DNA of 64,000 nucleotides, taken from Candidatus Eiseniibacteriota bacterium (GTDB lineage Bacteria; Eisenbacteria; RBG-16-71-46; SZUA-252). Below the pieces are notes generated by a model. That model had not been told where the DNA came from. It was given only the letters and a program-made list of their open reading frames with translations, and searched no databases. Positions within the stretch are counted from its first letter, which is position 1, and each line of letters begins with the position of its first letter. Location: NCBI GenBank assembly GCA_035716005.1, contig DASTKG010000025.1, forward strand, positions 479-64,478, in the 5' to 3' direction. This document shows, piece by piece, positions 26,588 to 36,705 of the stretch. The position numbers were made by a program, and so were the translations under genes.

Positions 26588-28274
26588 CCGACGCGCCAGA
26601 CACAATCTCGCCCCGGGGCGCACGCGCGCCATCGTCCTCTTCATCTGCGTCTTTCTGCTCCTCGTCGCCAAGCTCGTCTTCGCGGCCGAACCGTGGCCCG
26701 AGGCGGACGCGCCCGCCGACTCCACCGCGCGCGCGACGCCCGCGGCGGCGCCCACCGACGCGCCCGCGCCCGCCGATTCGCTCGTTCGCGCGGCGCGTCT
26801 CCACGCCGACGAGAAGCGCTTCGACCTGGCCGCCGACGCGCTCCGTCTCGCGCTCGCGGCGCGCCCCGGGGACCTCACCGCGTGGTCGCTTCTCGCGCGC
26901 GTCCTCGCGTGGGACCGGAAGTACGACGAGTCGATCGCCACCTATCGCGAGCTTCTCGCGGCCCATCCCGACGACGTCTTCGATCGCACCGGCTACGCGC
27001 GCGTGCTCGCCTGGTCGGGGCGGTACGACGAATCGATCCGCGAGTTCGGCCGCGCCGCCGCGGGCGACTCCACGAATCTCGAGGCGAGGATCGGTCTCGC
27101 GCGCGCCCGCTCGTGGGCGGGCGATCTCCCCGGGGCCGCCATGGAGTACCGTCGCCTCCAGCGGATCGCCCCCACGTACGGCGACGCCTATCTCGGCGAG
27201 GCGACGGTCGCCCGGTGGCGCGGGGCGGCCACGGCCGCCGACGTCCGCGCGTCGAGGGCCGCGCTGCTCGGCGCCGACGCCTCGGCGCTGAAGGAAGAGC
27301 GCGGCGCCATCGACCGAGCGCTGGCCCCCGTCGGCACGATCGGCTGGATCTCGTCGCACGAGTGGCAGCGGGCGAACGACGCGCCCGATTTCAAGATCGA
27401 GGAGACGGGTCCCTACGCGGCGATCCGGGCCACGGCGGGACGCTCGGTCGGTCTCGTCTATCGCGTGGCCCGAACGCAGCTCTTCGAGCGGAACACGCGC
27501 GCCGCCCCGAACGACACGACGCTCAACTACGATCTGGAGAACTACAGCCTTCGGCTCGACGCCACCTTCCTGCGCGGCTATCCCGTCCAGGCGGCCGTCG
27601 GCGGCGAGTGGCGGAATTTCGACCCTCGGAGCGGGAAGGTCCTCTACCCCCTCACCGACGACGACGTCTTCACGGGATGGAACGCGCGCGTCTGGGGGTA
27701 CGCGGGGCGCTTCACGCCGGGCCTCGTGGCGCGGCGCACGTTCCTCGCCATCAAGGGGTGGCAGGCCTCCGCGGGCGCCAACCGCTTCCTGCCGGGCCAT
27801 CTCACCGATCTCGAGGGAACGCTCGGCTGGCAGTGGAACGCGCGCGGCAGCGCGTCCCTCCTCGGCACGAAGGGCGAGACCTCCGACGACAACCGCCGCT
27901 GGCTGGCCGGCGGCACGGTCGCCTACCGCGTCCGCGTGGGGCGTCCCGACGTGCGGCTCGATTACGGGCTCCGGTTCGGCGATTGGGACCGGCGCTCCCC
28001 GTCCTACTTCACGCCCCTGGCGAGCACGCGCCACGCGGCGGGCGTCACGGTCAGCGGCTACGCGATCGCCGGCGACGTGGAGTACGGCGCCCGATACGAA
28101 TTCTCGCATCTCTCGTCGTCCAACTTCGCGGACATCGACGCGAACGCGCTCAGCGGCTGGCTGAACGGCATCGCCGGAGGGCGCTTCCCGCTCGGCATCG
28201 AAGGTTCCTACTCGGTCGACAACAACGACTACAAGACCTGGTACGTCGGCGTCTCGGCGGGCGTTCGATGGTGA
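26547..28274 (+). CDS. TPR-repeat plus C-terminal beta-barrel outer-membrane exopolysaccharide export protein (PgaA/BcsC/PelB-like)
   Basis: GTG start overlaps the upstream gene by 41 nt. N-terminal TPR-like repeats (..AWSLLARVLAWDRKYDESIATYRELLAAHPDD.. x3). C-terminal amphipathic beta-strands ending ..YVGVSAGVRW. Confidence 0.7.
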   Translation: MNRKSRRTWVRARSRRARHNLAPGRTRAIVLFICVFLLLVAKLVFAAEPWPEADAPADSTARATPAAAPTDAPAPADSLVRAARLHADEKRFDLAADALRLALAARPGDLTAWSLLARVLAWDRKYDESIATYRELLAAHPDDVFDRTGYARVLAWSGRYDESIREFGRAAAGDSTNLEARIGLARARSWAGDLPGAAMEYRRLQRIAPTYGDAYLGEATVARWRGAATAADVRASRAALLGADASALKEERGAIDRALAPVGTIGWISSHEWQRANDAPDFKIEETGPYAAIRATAGRSVGLVYRVARTQLFERNTRAAPNDTTLNYDLENYSLRLDATFLRGYPVQAAVGGEWRNFDPRSGKVLYPLTDDDVFTGWNARVWGYAGRFTPGLVARRTFLAIKGWQASAGANRFLPGHLTDLEGTLGWQWNARGSASLLGTKGETSDDNRRWLAGGTVAYRVRVGRPDVRLDYGLRFGDWDRRSPSYFTPLASTRHAAGVTVSGYAIAGDVEYGARYEFSHLSSSNFADIDANALSGWLNGIAGGRFPLGIEGSYSVDNNDYKTWYVGVSAGVRW

Positions 28275-28290
28275 CGGCGGAGTCGGAGCG

Positions 28291-29394
28291 ATGATCGAGT
28301 ACAACGTACTCATCCTGACACTCGGCATCCTTCTCGGGGTGGTGCTTCTCACGACCGGCGCGGCCATCGTGAACAAGATCCTCTCGCTCCGCGAGGCGAG
28401 CACGCGCCAGGCGACGATGGATCGCCTCCGCCAGGCGTTCCTGCTCCTCACCGATCCGCGCGAGGCGCACGTCGCCCATCGGGTCATCGCGGACGCGGTC
28501 TCGGGTCCGTGGGCCGAGCTGGCCTCCGAGGAGGTGGCCCAGCTCGATCTCACGCTTCGGCTCGACGTCGTGCGCATGCTCGAGGACCAAGGCGTCGTGG
28601 CGCGCTATCTGCGCGACGCGAAGCGAGGCACGAAATGGATTCGCGCCCGCGCGCTCCGGATCCTGGGCGACCTCAAGGTGCCGGCCTCGGTCCCGGCGCT
28701 CCTCCATGCGCTGGAGGATCGCGACGCCGACGTTCGAAACGTGGCCGCCCGATCCCTGGGCCGCATGAAGCTCCAGGCCGCCGAGGAGGCGCTCATCTCG
28801 CTCCTCGGCAAGCACGATCAGGCCGTCTCCTCGCGCATCGCCGCCATCTGCATCGAGATGGGTCCGCGCACCGCGCCGCTCCTCATCCGGACGCTCCGGG
28901 AGGGCTCGCCGAAGGCCCGCTTCTGGGCGGCGCGCGTCCTCGGCGAGATCCGCGACACGCGCGCGATCCGCTCGCTCGGCGACGCCCTCCTCGACGCCGA
29001 TCCGGAAGTCCGCTCCGCGGCCACCTGGGCGCTCGGGCGGATCGGCGAGCGCGCCACGGCGTCGCTCATCGAGCCGATTCTCCGTGACGGCGCCTGGTAC
29101 GCGCGCGCGCACGCCGCCGAGGCGCTCGGGAGGCTGGGCGATCCCACGTACGCCGCGGCCCTCGGCGAATCGCTCCGGGACCGCTCGTGGTGGGTGCGGA
29201 AGAACGCGCTCGACGCCCTCGTTCTCCTGGGCGAGCCGGCGACGCCGGTGCTCCTGAAATCGCTCCAGAGCGACGACCGGTTCGCGCGGGATTGCGCCGT
29301 GGAGGCGCTCATGACGCTCGGCGTGCCGCTTCCCGCCGGGGCCGACGGGGCCGGCGGCTCCGCCGGTCTCGCGGGCTCGGGGGCGCGCCCATGA
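28291..29394 (+). CDS. membrane-anchored HEAT/PBS-lyase-repeat protein
   Basis: N-terminal TM helix LILTLGILLGVVLLTTGAAIV. At least 7 repeats of the HEAT-like unit (..VRxxAAxALGRIGxxxAxxxL..). Confidence 0.7.
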   Translation: MIEYNVLILTLGILLGVVLLTTGAAIVNKILSLREASTRQATMDRLRQAFLLLTDPREAHVAHRVIADAVSGPWAELASEEVAQLDLTLRLDVVRMLEDQGVVARYLRDAKRGTKWIRARALRILGDLKVPASVPALLHALEDRDADVRNVAARSLGRMKLQAAEEALISLLGKHDQAVSSRIAAICIEMGPRTAPLLIRTLREGSPKARFWAARVLGEIRDTRAIRSLGDALLDADPEVRSAATWALGRIGERATASLIEPILRDGAWYARAHAAEALGRLGDPTYAAALGESLRDRSWWVRKNALDALVLLGEPATPVLLKSLQSDDRFARDCAVEALMTLGVPLPAGADGAGGSAGLAGSGARP

Positions 29395-30836
29395 CGCCGA
29401 TCGCCGTCCCGGCCTGGCTCCTCGCCTCGATCGACACGATCAGTCTCGTCATCCTGATCTACTTCAGCGCGCTCCAGCTCGTTCTCTTCACGCTCCTCGT
29501 TCTCTCCTATTTCGACATGCGCCGGAGGCTGGCGCAGAACTACTACGCCGACTACGAGGCGCTGGCCAAATCGCACTTCACCTTTCCGATCAGCGTCATC
29601 ATGCCCGCGTACAACGAGTCGACCATGGCGGCCACGGCGGTCCACTCCGTCCTCTCCCTCGACTACCCGCAGCACGAGGTGATCGTCGTCAACGACGGCT
29701 CGACCGACGTGACGCTGGATTCGTTGATCCGGGAATTCCGGCTGGAGCGGCGGGACGTCGTGGTGCGGAGGAGCCTCCCCTACCGGGGCGAGGTGCGCGG
29801 CATCTACAAATCGGCGGCCTATCCGAAGCTGACGGTCATCGACAAGGAGCACGCGGGGAAGAGCGCCGCCCTGAACTGCGCCATCAACGTGTCGCGCTAT
29901 CCCCTCTTCTGCTCCATCGACGCCGACTCGATCTTCCAGGAGAACGCGCTCCTCCGGGTCGTGCGCCCCTTCCTGGAGGATCCGGAGCGCGTCATCGCGG
30001 TCGGCGGGCAGGTCCGAGTCGCGAACGGCTGCCACGTGGAGCGGGGACGCGTGGTGGAGCCGAGGCTGCCGCAGAAGATCCTGGCCGCCTTCCAGGTGGT
30101 GGAATACCTGCGCGCGTTCGTGGCGAGCCGCCTCGGCCTCTCCGCGATGAACAACCTCCTCCTCCTCTCGGGCGTCTTCAGCCTCTTCCGGAAGGACGCG
30201 GTCATCGAGGTCGGCGGCTACCGGTCCGACATCGTCACGGAGGACATGGAGCTGGTGGTGCGGCTCCACGACCACATGCGCGCGCAGCGGCGGCCCTACT
30301 CCGTCGTCTTCCTTCCCGACCCGATCTGCTGGACCGAGGTGCCGGAGAATCTCGGCACCCTCGCGCGCCAGAGGAACCGATGGCATCGCGGACTCATCCA
30401 ATCGCTCTGGCTCCACAAGAGCATCCTCTGGCGGCGGAACTCGGGCTCGCTCCGATGGGTCGGCATGCCCTACTACATCTTCTTCGAGTTCCTCGGACCG
30501 ATCGTGGAGCTGGTGGGATACATCCTGATTCCGATCGCCTATTTCCTCGGATTCCTCTCCCCCGTCTGGTTCTGGGCCTTCCTCTTCCTCTCCGTCACCT
30601 CGGGAGCGTTCCTCTCCGTCTCGGCGGTGCTCCTCGAGGAGCTGTCGTTCGGCCTCTACCGTTCGTGGGGCGATTTCTCCCTGATGATCGCCATCGGCGT
30701 CATCGAGAATTTCTCCTACCGGATCCTCACTCTTTTCTTCCGCCTGGGGGCCGTCCTGGATATGATTTTGGGACGCGGCGGTTGGGGAAAGCAGGAGCGG
30801 ACCGGATTCGGGCGCGCCCGGGCACAGGCTCCATAA
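29391..30836 (+). CDS. family-2 processive glycosyltransferase (PgaC/IcaA-like poly-beta-1,6-GlcNAc synthase type)
   Basis: ATGA overlap with the HEAT gene. GT2 motifs: VVNDGSTD, DAD (CSIDADS), and Q(R/Q)xRW (QRNRWHRG). N- and C-terminal TM helices. No PilZ domain. Confidence 0.85.
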   Translation: MTPIAVPAWLLASIDTISLVILIYFSALQLVLFTLLVLSYFDMRRRLAQNYYADYEALAKSHFTFPISVIMPAYNESTMAATAVHSVLSLDYPQHEVIVVNDGSTDVTLDSLIREFRLERRDVVVRRSLPYRGEVRGIYKSAAYPKLTVIDKEHAGKSAALNCAINVSRYPLFCSIDADSIFQENALLRVVRPFLEDPERVIAVGGQVRVANGCHVERGRVVEPRLPQKILAAFQVVEYLRAFVASRLGLSAMNNLLLLSGVFSLFRKDAVIEVGGYRSDIVTEDMELVVRLHDHMRAQRRPYSVVFLPDPICWTEVPENLGTLARQRNRWHRGLIQSLWLHKSILWRRNSGSLRWVGMPYYIFFEFLGPIVELVGYILIPIAYFLGFLSPVWFWAFLFLSVTSGAFLSVSAVLLEELSFGLYRSWGDFSLMIAIGVIENFSYRILTLFFRLGAVLDMILGRGGWGKQERTGFGRARAQAP

Positions 30837-30879
30837 CTCCCAGCGGCCGAACGTTTTCACGGCTGGAGGGAGTCGCGTC

Positions 30880-33870
30880 TTGCGCCTGCTCGGGGTTGTC
30901 CTGGGAGTCCTGTTCCTCGCGGGGACGACCTGCGCTCACGCCGCGCCCCCCGTTCAGAGCTGGAGCGAGATCGCCGCGCGGCGCGGACCGCTGGCCGCAT
31001 CGCGGCTCCGAGCCGCCCTCGCCGCCACGAAGCCGCTCGGCGTCGACCAGGCCTCCCAGACCCGTCTGACCGGCTCGGCCCACTTCAAGGCCCTCGTCAT
31101 CCTCGTCCAGTTCTCGGACCATCCCGCCGACACGCTGAATCACACGCCGGAAGATTACGACAGTCTCCTCTTCAGCGTCGGGACGCTGCCGACGGGCAGC
31201 ATGCGCGACTACTACCGCGAGGTTTCGCGAGGCGCGTTCGACATCTCGGGCGTCGTGACGCGGTGGTACACGGCGCCCCGGACGTACGCGGAGTACGCCT
31301 CGAGCGCCGGCGGCTTCGGCGGCCCGCCCTTCAACGCGCAGCAGCTGGCGGCCGACGCGATTCTCATGGCCGACGCCGACTTGAATCTCACGCAATTCGA
31401 CAACGACGGGCCGGACGGCGTGCCGAACTCCGGCGACGACGACGGGACGATCGACGGGCTCTTCATCGTGCACGCGGGCCCCGGAGGCGAGGAGACGGCC
31501 GATCTCAACGACATCTGGTCCCACAAGTGGACTCTTCCGAACCCCTACGTTTCCCCCGACGGGGTCTCCGCCTATCCCTACACGACGGAGCCCGAGGAAT
31601 GGGCGGGGCTCGCCTTCGCCACCACGCCGGGGCAGCTCATTTCCGTGGGCGTCTTCTGCCACGAGTACGGCCACGTGCTGGGCCTCCCCGATCTCTACGA
31701 CACCTCCGGCACGTCCACCGCGAACGAGGGAGTCGGCGAGTGGGACCTCATGGGCTCCGGCCTCTACAACCATCTCCCCGGCCAGGCGCTCGGGACGACC
31801 CCCTGCCACTTCTCCGCGTGGTCGCTCGCGCGCCTCGGCTGGGTGACGCCGACGTGGGTCACGCAGGACTCTCTCGCCGTCGCGATCGCCCCCGTGGAGA
31901 CCTCCGACCAGGTCTTCCGGCTCTGGACGAACGGCCAGGAGGATTCGGAGTACTTCCTGATCGAGAACCGCCAGCCGATCGGATTCGACGCCGCGCTCGT
32001 CCGCTCGTCGACCGAGTCGGGAAACGGAGCCTCGCACGGCCTCCTCATCTACCACATCGACGAGGGGGTCCTCGGGCAGTCCGATCCCGCGCGAAAGATG
32101 GTCGACGTGGAGGAGGGGGGCGGTTCGCGGACTCCGTCGGGCTTCCTGGGCGAACAGAACCTCGACCTCGGGTCGGGGCAGACGGCCACCCAGACGACGT
32201 GCGGCGGAACGCCGAACGTCACGGGAAATCGCGGCGACGCCTACGACCCCTGGCCGGGCGCGGGGGATCGGACCGCCTTCGACGGGCTTTCCTGCCCGAA
32301 CAGCGTGCGCGATTGCGGAAACCTGGCCACGCAGGTCGGCGTCCGGAACATCACCGAATCGGGCGGAACGATCACCGCCGATCTCCTCGTCACGGGGCTC
32401 ATGATCCGCCGCGAGACGCCGGCGATCGACGACTCTCCCACGACCGGCACGCCGAACAACGGCAACGGACTCCTGGAGAGCGGCGAGACCGTGCTGCTCC
32501 GCTTCCCGATCACGAATGTCGGCGCCACGCCGACGGGCCCCCTCGTGGGACACGTCGCGTCGCTGGAGCCCTACCTCACGATCTACTCCGACGCCATCAA
32601 CTACGCGCCTCTCGCGCCCGGCCAGACCGATTCCGCGGCCGTGGTCTTCGCCGACGTGAATCTCGCGCCCGACCCGGGAAGCGCCATGGTTTCGTTCCAG
32701 CTCCTCGGGGATTTCAGCCAGATCCTCGCCGACAGCTTCCAGATGATGATCGGCGACAACACCGGCATCTGCGAGAACTTCGAGGGGACGTCGGCGCACT
32801 GGTACGGCGTGGCCATCGGCTGCGACGGCGTGAACGAGTGGCACCGGGAGACCGGACTGGGGGCGAACCACACCGGATTCGGCGCGTGGTCGTGGCGGCT
32901 CGGACCGGTGGGGCCGGTCGGGTCGTACGCTCCGTCCGAGGACGCCCGTCTCATCAGTCCGCCCATTCTCCTTCCGAGCGCGTCGGCCACGCTCCGATTC
33001 TGGCAGAAGTACGACTGCGAATTCGTCTTCGACGGACTCTGGGTGGAGATTTCCACCGACGCCGGCGCGACCTGGACGCCGCTCACGCCCGTCGGGGGAT
33101 ACAACACGGGCGACCGATACAGCGGGACGAGGTCGACCTTCACGGAGGCCGTCTTCCCCCTCGACGGCTATTCGGGGATCGTGCAGATCGCGTTCCACTT
33201 CGTGTCGGTGCCGCCGAACGGGGGCTCCGGCTGGTGGATCGACGACGTCACGATCGACGGGACGGCCCCCTGCGCGCCGGTCAGCGTCGACGTGGATCGC
33301 TTCACCGCGGTCGCGGAACAAAACTCGAACCCGCCGCGCGTCCGCCTCGACTGGGCTCTCTCGCAGGGCACGAGCGCGACCGTCGACTTGCGGCGCGCCA
33401 TCGCCGGCCTCGACCCCGTCTCGATCATCCGGATTCCCAACTTCAGCGGCGAGGGCTCGGCCGAGGACGTGAACGTGGTTCCCGGCGCGAGCTACGACTA
33501 TTCGCTGCACGTCGTCCGGGACGGAGCTCCGGACGTGGTGGCGGGCCCCATCCGGGTGGACGTGCCGGCCCTGGCGCCCCCCGGGGCGCCCCGCGTGTTC
33601 GCGCTCGCGCCCGTCCGACCCAACCCGTTCCGCCCCGAAGCGGGGCTCGTCGTCTCCCTGGACCGCGACGGACCCTTCATGGTACGCATCTACAGTCCGG
33701 ACGGCAGGCTCGTGCGGACGATGCGATTCGACTCGCGGCCGGCGGGGACGCACTCGATCCGATGGGACGGCCGCGACGATCACGGCCGCCCGGCGTCCGC
33801 CGGCATCTACCTCTTCGAGCTGCGGTTCGGATCCCGAACCAGCGTCCAAAAGGCGGTACTCCTGCGATGA
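30880..33870 (+). CDS. secreted M6-family (immune inhibitor A-like) zinc metalloprotease with a T9SS/FlgD-Ig-like C-terminal domain
   Basis: TTG start after a GGAGGG ribosome-binding site. Signal peptide. HEYGHVLGLPDLYD zinc motif. C-terminal ..PNPFRPEAGLVVSLDRDGPFMVRIYSPDGRLVRTMRFD..WDGRDDHGRPASAGIYLFELRFG..KAVLLR matches Por_Secre_tail/FlgD_ig-type sorting domains. Confidence 0.8.
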   Translation: MRLLGVVLGVLFLAGTTCAHAAPPVQSWSEIAARRGPLAASRLRAALAATKPLGVDQASQTRLTGSAHFKALVILVQFSDHPADTLNHTPEDYDSLLFSVGTLPTGSMRDYYREVSRGAFDISGVVTRWYTAPRTYAEYASSAGGFGGPPFNAQQLAADAILMADADLNLTQFDNDGPDGVPNSGDDDGTIDGLFIVHAGPGGEETADLNDIWSHKWTLPNPYVSPDGVSAYPYTTEPEEWAGLAFATTPGQLISVGVFCHEYGHVLGLPDLYDTSGTSTANEGVGEWDLMGSGLYNHLPGQALGTTPCHFSAWSLARLGWVTPTWVTQDSLAVAIAPVETSDQVFRLWTNGQEDSEYFLIENRQPIGFDAALVRSSTESGNGASHGLLIYHIDEGVLGQSDPARKMVDVEEGGGSRTPSGFLGEQNLDLGSGQTATQTTCGGTPNVTGNRGDAYDPWPGAGDRTAFDGLSCPNSVRDCGNLATQVGVRNITESGGTITADLLVTGLMIRRETPAIDDSPTTGTPNNGNGLLESGETVLLRFPITNVGATPTGPLVGHVASLEPYLTIYSDAINYAPLAPGQTDSAAVVFADVNLAPDPGSAMVSFQLLGDFSQILADSFQMMIGDNTGICENFEGTSAHWYGVAIGCDGVNEWHRETGLGANHTGFGAWSWRLGPVGPVGSYAPSEDARLISPPILLPSASATLRFWQKYDCEFVFDGLWVEISTDAGATWTPLTPVGGYNTGDRYSGTRSTFTEAVFPLDGYSGIVQIAFHFVSVPPNGGSGWWIDDVTIDGTAPCAPVSVDVDRFTAVAEQNSNPPRVRLDWALSQGTSATVDLRRAIAGLDPVSIIRIPNFSGEGSAEDVNVVPGASYDYSLHVVRDGAPDVVAGPIRVDVPALAPPGAPRVFALAPVRPNPFRPEAGLVVSLDRDGPFMVRIYSPDGRLVRTMRFDSRPAGTHSIRWDGRDDHGRPASAGIYLFELRFGSRTSVQKAVLLR

Positions 33871-34373
33871 GCTCCACGACCACGCGACTCGACGGCCCCA
33901 TGGTCTACTTGGAAGTGCCCGGCCCCGAACACCTCCCCACGATCTGGAAGGTCTATCTCGACGCACCCGACTACTTCGAAGCCATCCTCGGGACGAAGGA
34001 CTTCGACCCGGTCGCGGTGGAGATGCTCTACGAGGAGGCGATCTCGGACGAGAACCGTTTCTACTTCGGGGTCCGCCGCACCGACACGAAGGCGCTCATC
34101 GGAACGCTCGAGGTGGAGGTGGGCACGTCGGAGATTCCCGCCATTCTGCGCGGGCTGGTCCTGTCGCAGGCGGAGCGGGGCCACGGCTACGGACGGGCGG
34201 CTCTGGAGCTGGTGGAGCGGTTCCTGGCGGACGAGTACGGCGTGGGAGCGCTGGCGGCGGAAGTGCCGCCGGGCCTCGACGACGGAGAGCGGTTCCTGGA
34301 GGCGATGGGCTTCCGCGAACGCCGCCTCAAGTCGGGCGACGTCCGCTGGATCAAGAAGCTCGATTCGGAGTAG
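33867..34373 (+). CDS. GNAT-family N-acetyltransferase
   Basis: ATGA overlap with the protease gene. Acetyl-CoA-binding motif RGHGYGRAALELV. Confidence 0.7.
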   Translation: MSSTTTRLDGPMVYLEVPGPEHLPTIWKVYLDAPDYFEAILGTKDFDPVAVEMLYEEAISDENRFYFGVRRTDTKALIGTLEVEVGTSEIPAILRGLVLSQAERGHGYGRAALELVERFLADEYGVGALAAEVPPGLDDGERFLEAMGFRERRLKSGDVRWIKKLDSE

Positions 34374-36705
34374 CGTTTCGCGCCGCCATGGCGCGGTTCA
34401 CGCGGGAGACCAGCTCCTCCAGATCGAACGGCTTGCTGACGACGAAATTCACGCCGTGCGATTGGACCATCTCCTCGCTGATGGTCGCGCCCCAGCCGGT
34501 GACGAGGCCGAGCACCACCGACGGCGCCCCTTCCTTCCGCACCACCTGCGCCACGCCCCAGCCGCTCACGTCGGCCATGCCCAGGTCGGTCAGCACCACG
34601 TCGTAGGGCTGCTCGCGGAAGCGCTCGATCCCGTCCAGGCCGCACGAGGCCGCCGTCACCTGGTGCCCGGCCCGCTCCAGCGCGTCGCGCAGAACTCCGA
34701 GCAGCTCCGTCTCGTCGTCCACCACCAGGATGCGCGCCTGGAACGGCGCCTGCACGCGGACGGGCGAGTGCGCGGCCGGGCTCGCCTCGCGGGTGGCGGG
34801 GAAGCGCATGCGGATGGTCGTTCCCTCTCCCGGCGCCGTCTCCACCTCCACCGTGCCGCGATGACGCGAGACGATGCCGTAGACCATGGAGAGCCCGAGT
34901 CCCGTTCCCGCCATTCCCTTCGTCGTGAAGAACGGCTCGAACATGCGGCTCTTCACGCTCTCGTTCATGCCGGTTCCGTCGTCGATGACCTCGAGGATCG
35001 CCTCGTCTCCCTCGACGCGGCTCCGGATGGCGATCACGCCTCCCCGCGGAAGTGCGTCGACCGCGTTGAAGATGAGATTCGTGAGCGCCTCGCGGATCTC
35101 GGCGCGCGAGCCGAGGATGGGACGGGAATCGACGACCTCGACGCGGACGTCCACCTTCACGCCGCGGCGCTGCGCGTCGTTGCTCCACTTCCCGCGCGTG
35201 ATCTCCACCACTTCCTCGGCCACGCTCGGAAGGTCGAGCGGCTCGTGGGCGCGGTCCTCCCGCACCCGCGTGAATTGCTGGATTCGGCGCACGGCCTCGC
35301 CGCCGTCCATGGCGGCCTGCCGGATGACGTTCAGTCCGGCGGAGATCTCCTGGTCCTGCGACTTCATGAGAAGGAGCTGCGTGCGCCCGAGGATGATTCC
35401 GAGGTTGTTGTTGAAGTCGTGCGCCACGCCGGCCGCCAGCTCGCCCAGGGCGCGGAGCTTCTCGCCGCGCACGAGCCTGCCCTGCAGATCGCGCAGCGCG
35501 GAGACGTCCGAGAGGAGGATCATGCTGGCCGGCTCGTTCTGGAAGACGAGCGGCGCCACCTGAAGCTCCGCGTGAACGCTCCGGCCGCCGGCGTGCTGGA
35601 TTTCGACGGAGACCTGCGTCGCCTCCGATTCGGTCCCGAGCAGCGCGGATCGCACCGCCGAGCGGGACGCCGGCGCGAAGAGGGACCCGACGTCGAATTC
35701 GGGCGTCTTCAGCTCGCTCACGCTCCGCCCCGTCATCCTCTCCAGCGCTGGATTCGTGAAGACGATGCGGTCGGCCTGGAGGATGGCGATCCCCTGCGGG
35801 GCGCTTTCGACCAGGACGCGGTACTTCGCCTCCGATTCCACGAGCGCCCGCGTGCGGGCCTCCACGGCCGCCTCCAGCGTCTGGTTGAGACGCGCGAGAT
35901 TCTCGCGGCTGGCGAGGATCTCGGCCTGCTGGCGCTGCACCTCGCCGGCCATGTGGTCGAAGTGCCACGCGAGCGTCTCCAGCTCGTCGCCCGACTTGAG
36001 ATCGACGCGCTGCGAGTAGTCTCCCGTCGCGATGGCGCGCGTGGCGGTCACGAGCCGCTGGATCGGGCGCGTGATGCCGCCGGCCGCCGCGCGCGCCGCG
36101 AGGAGGCAGAGGATCGCGGCCAGGATGCCCGCCAGAATCAGGTTCCAGGTGAGCGATGCGACCTCCCGGTCGACGCCCTCCATGGAAAGGGCGATCCGGA
36201 CCGTTCCCCATTTCACGGCGTAGCCCTGGACGAAGACGGGGAGGAAGATTTCGAGGAGGCGCGCCTCGCCGGGCCTCTGCGGCGGAAGGAAGCGCCAGCG
36301 CTCCTCGCGCGTGGCGTGGGCGAAGAAGTCGGCGGCGTCGCGCGGCGGATTGCCGAACGAATTGTCGCTCCGGCTGTCGGCCGCGATCATCCCTTCCTTG
36401 TCGTAGATGACGACGTACGCGATCTCGCTCCCTTCCTGCGAGCGGCTGGCGGCCTGATTGAGCGCGACGTAGTTGTAGGAGAGGAGGGACGGCGTGGAGA
36501 GCCAGGCGATGTTCCGCGCCACGGCGATGCCGCGCTTCCGGGTCTCGCGCTGGAGCGAGTCCGATTCGCTTCGAACGAGGAAGGTCACCGCGGCGGCCAC
36601 GAGGCCGACGACGACGACCGCGAAAGTCAGGAAGATCCGCGCCTGTAGCCCGCGCCAGAACGGAATCGGGCGTTCAGCGGGATGCGTCGCGACGGTCCCG
36701 GCCAT
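34351..36705 (-). CDS. hybrid sensor histidine kinase / response regulator (periplasmic sensor, HAMP, PAS, HisKA, HATPase_c, REC)
   Basis: Two TM helices flank a ~150-aa periplasmic domain. H-box AHDFNNNLGII. N/G1/G2 boxes (NLIFNAVDA, DDGTGM, GTGLGLS). C-terminal receiver with ILVVDDE...D...K. Confidence 0.85.
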   Translation of the reverse strand: MAGTVATHPAERPIPFWRGLQARIFLTFAVVVVGLVAAAVTFLVRSESDSLQRETRKRGIAVARNIAWLSTPSLLSYNYVALNQAASRSQEGSEIAYVVIYDKEGMIAADSRSDNSFGNPPRDAADFFAHATREERWRFLPPQRPGEARLLEIFLPVFVQGYAVKWGTVRIALSMEGVDREVASLTWNLILAGILAAILCLLAARAAAGGITRPIQRLVTATRAIATGDYSQRVDLKSGDELETLAWHFDHMAGEVQRQQAEILASRENLARLNQTLEAAVEARTRALVESEAKYRVLVESAPQGIAILQADRIVFTNPALERMTGRSVSELKTPEFDVGSLFAPASRSAVRSALLGTESEATQVSVEIQHAGGRSVHAELQVAPLVFQNEPASMILLSDVSALRDLQGRLVRGEKLRALGELAAGVAHDFNNNLGIILGRTQLLLMKSQDQEISAGLNVIRQAAMDGGEAVRRIQQFTRVREDRAHEPLDLPSVAEEVVEITRGKWSNDAQRRGVKVDVRVEVVDSRPILGSRAEIREALTNLIFNAVDALPRGGVIAIRSRVEGDEAILEVIDDGTGMNESVKSRMFEPFFTTKGMAGTGLGLSMVYGIVSRHRGTVEVETAPGEGTTIRMRFPATREASPAAHSPVRVQAPFQARILVVDDETELLGVLRDALERAGHQVTAASCGLDGIERFREQPYDVVLTDLGMADVSGWGVAQVVRKEGAPSVVLGLVTGWGATISEEMVQSHGVNFVVSKPFDLEELVSRVNRAMAARNATPNRAS

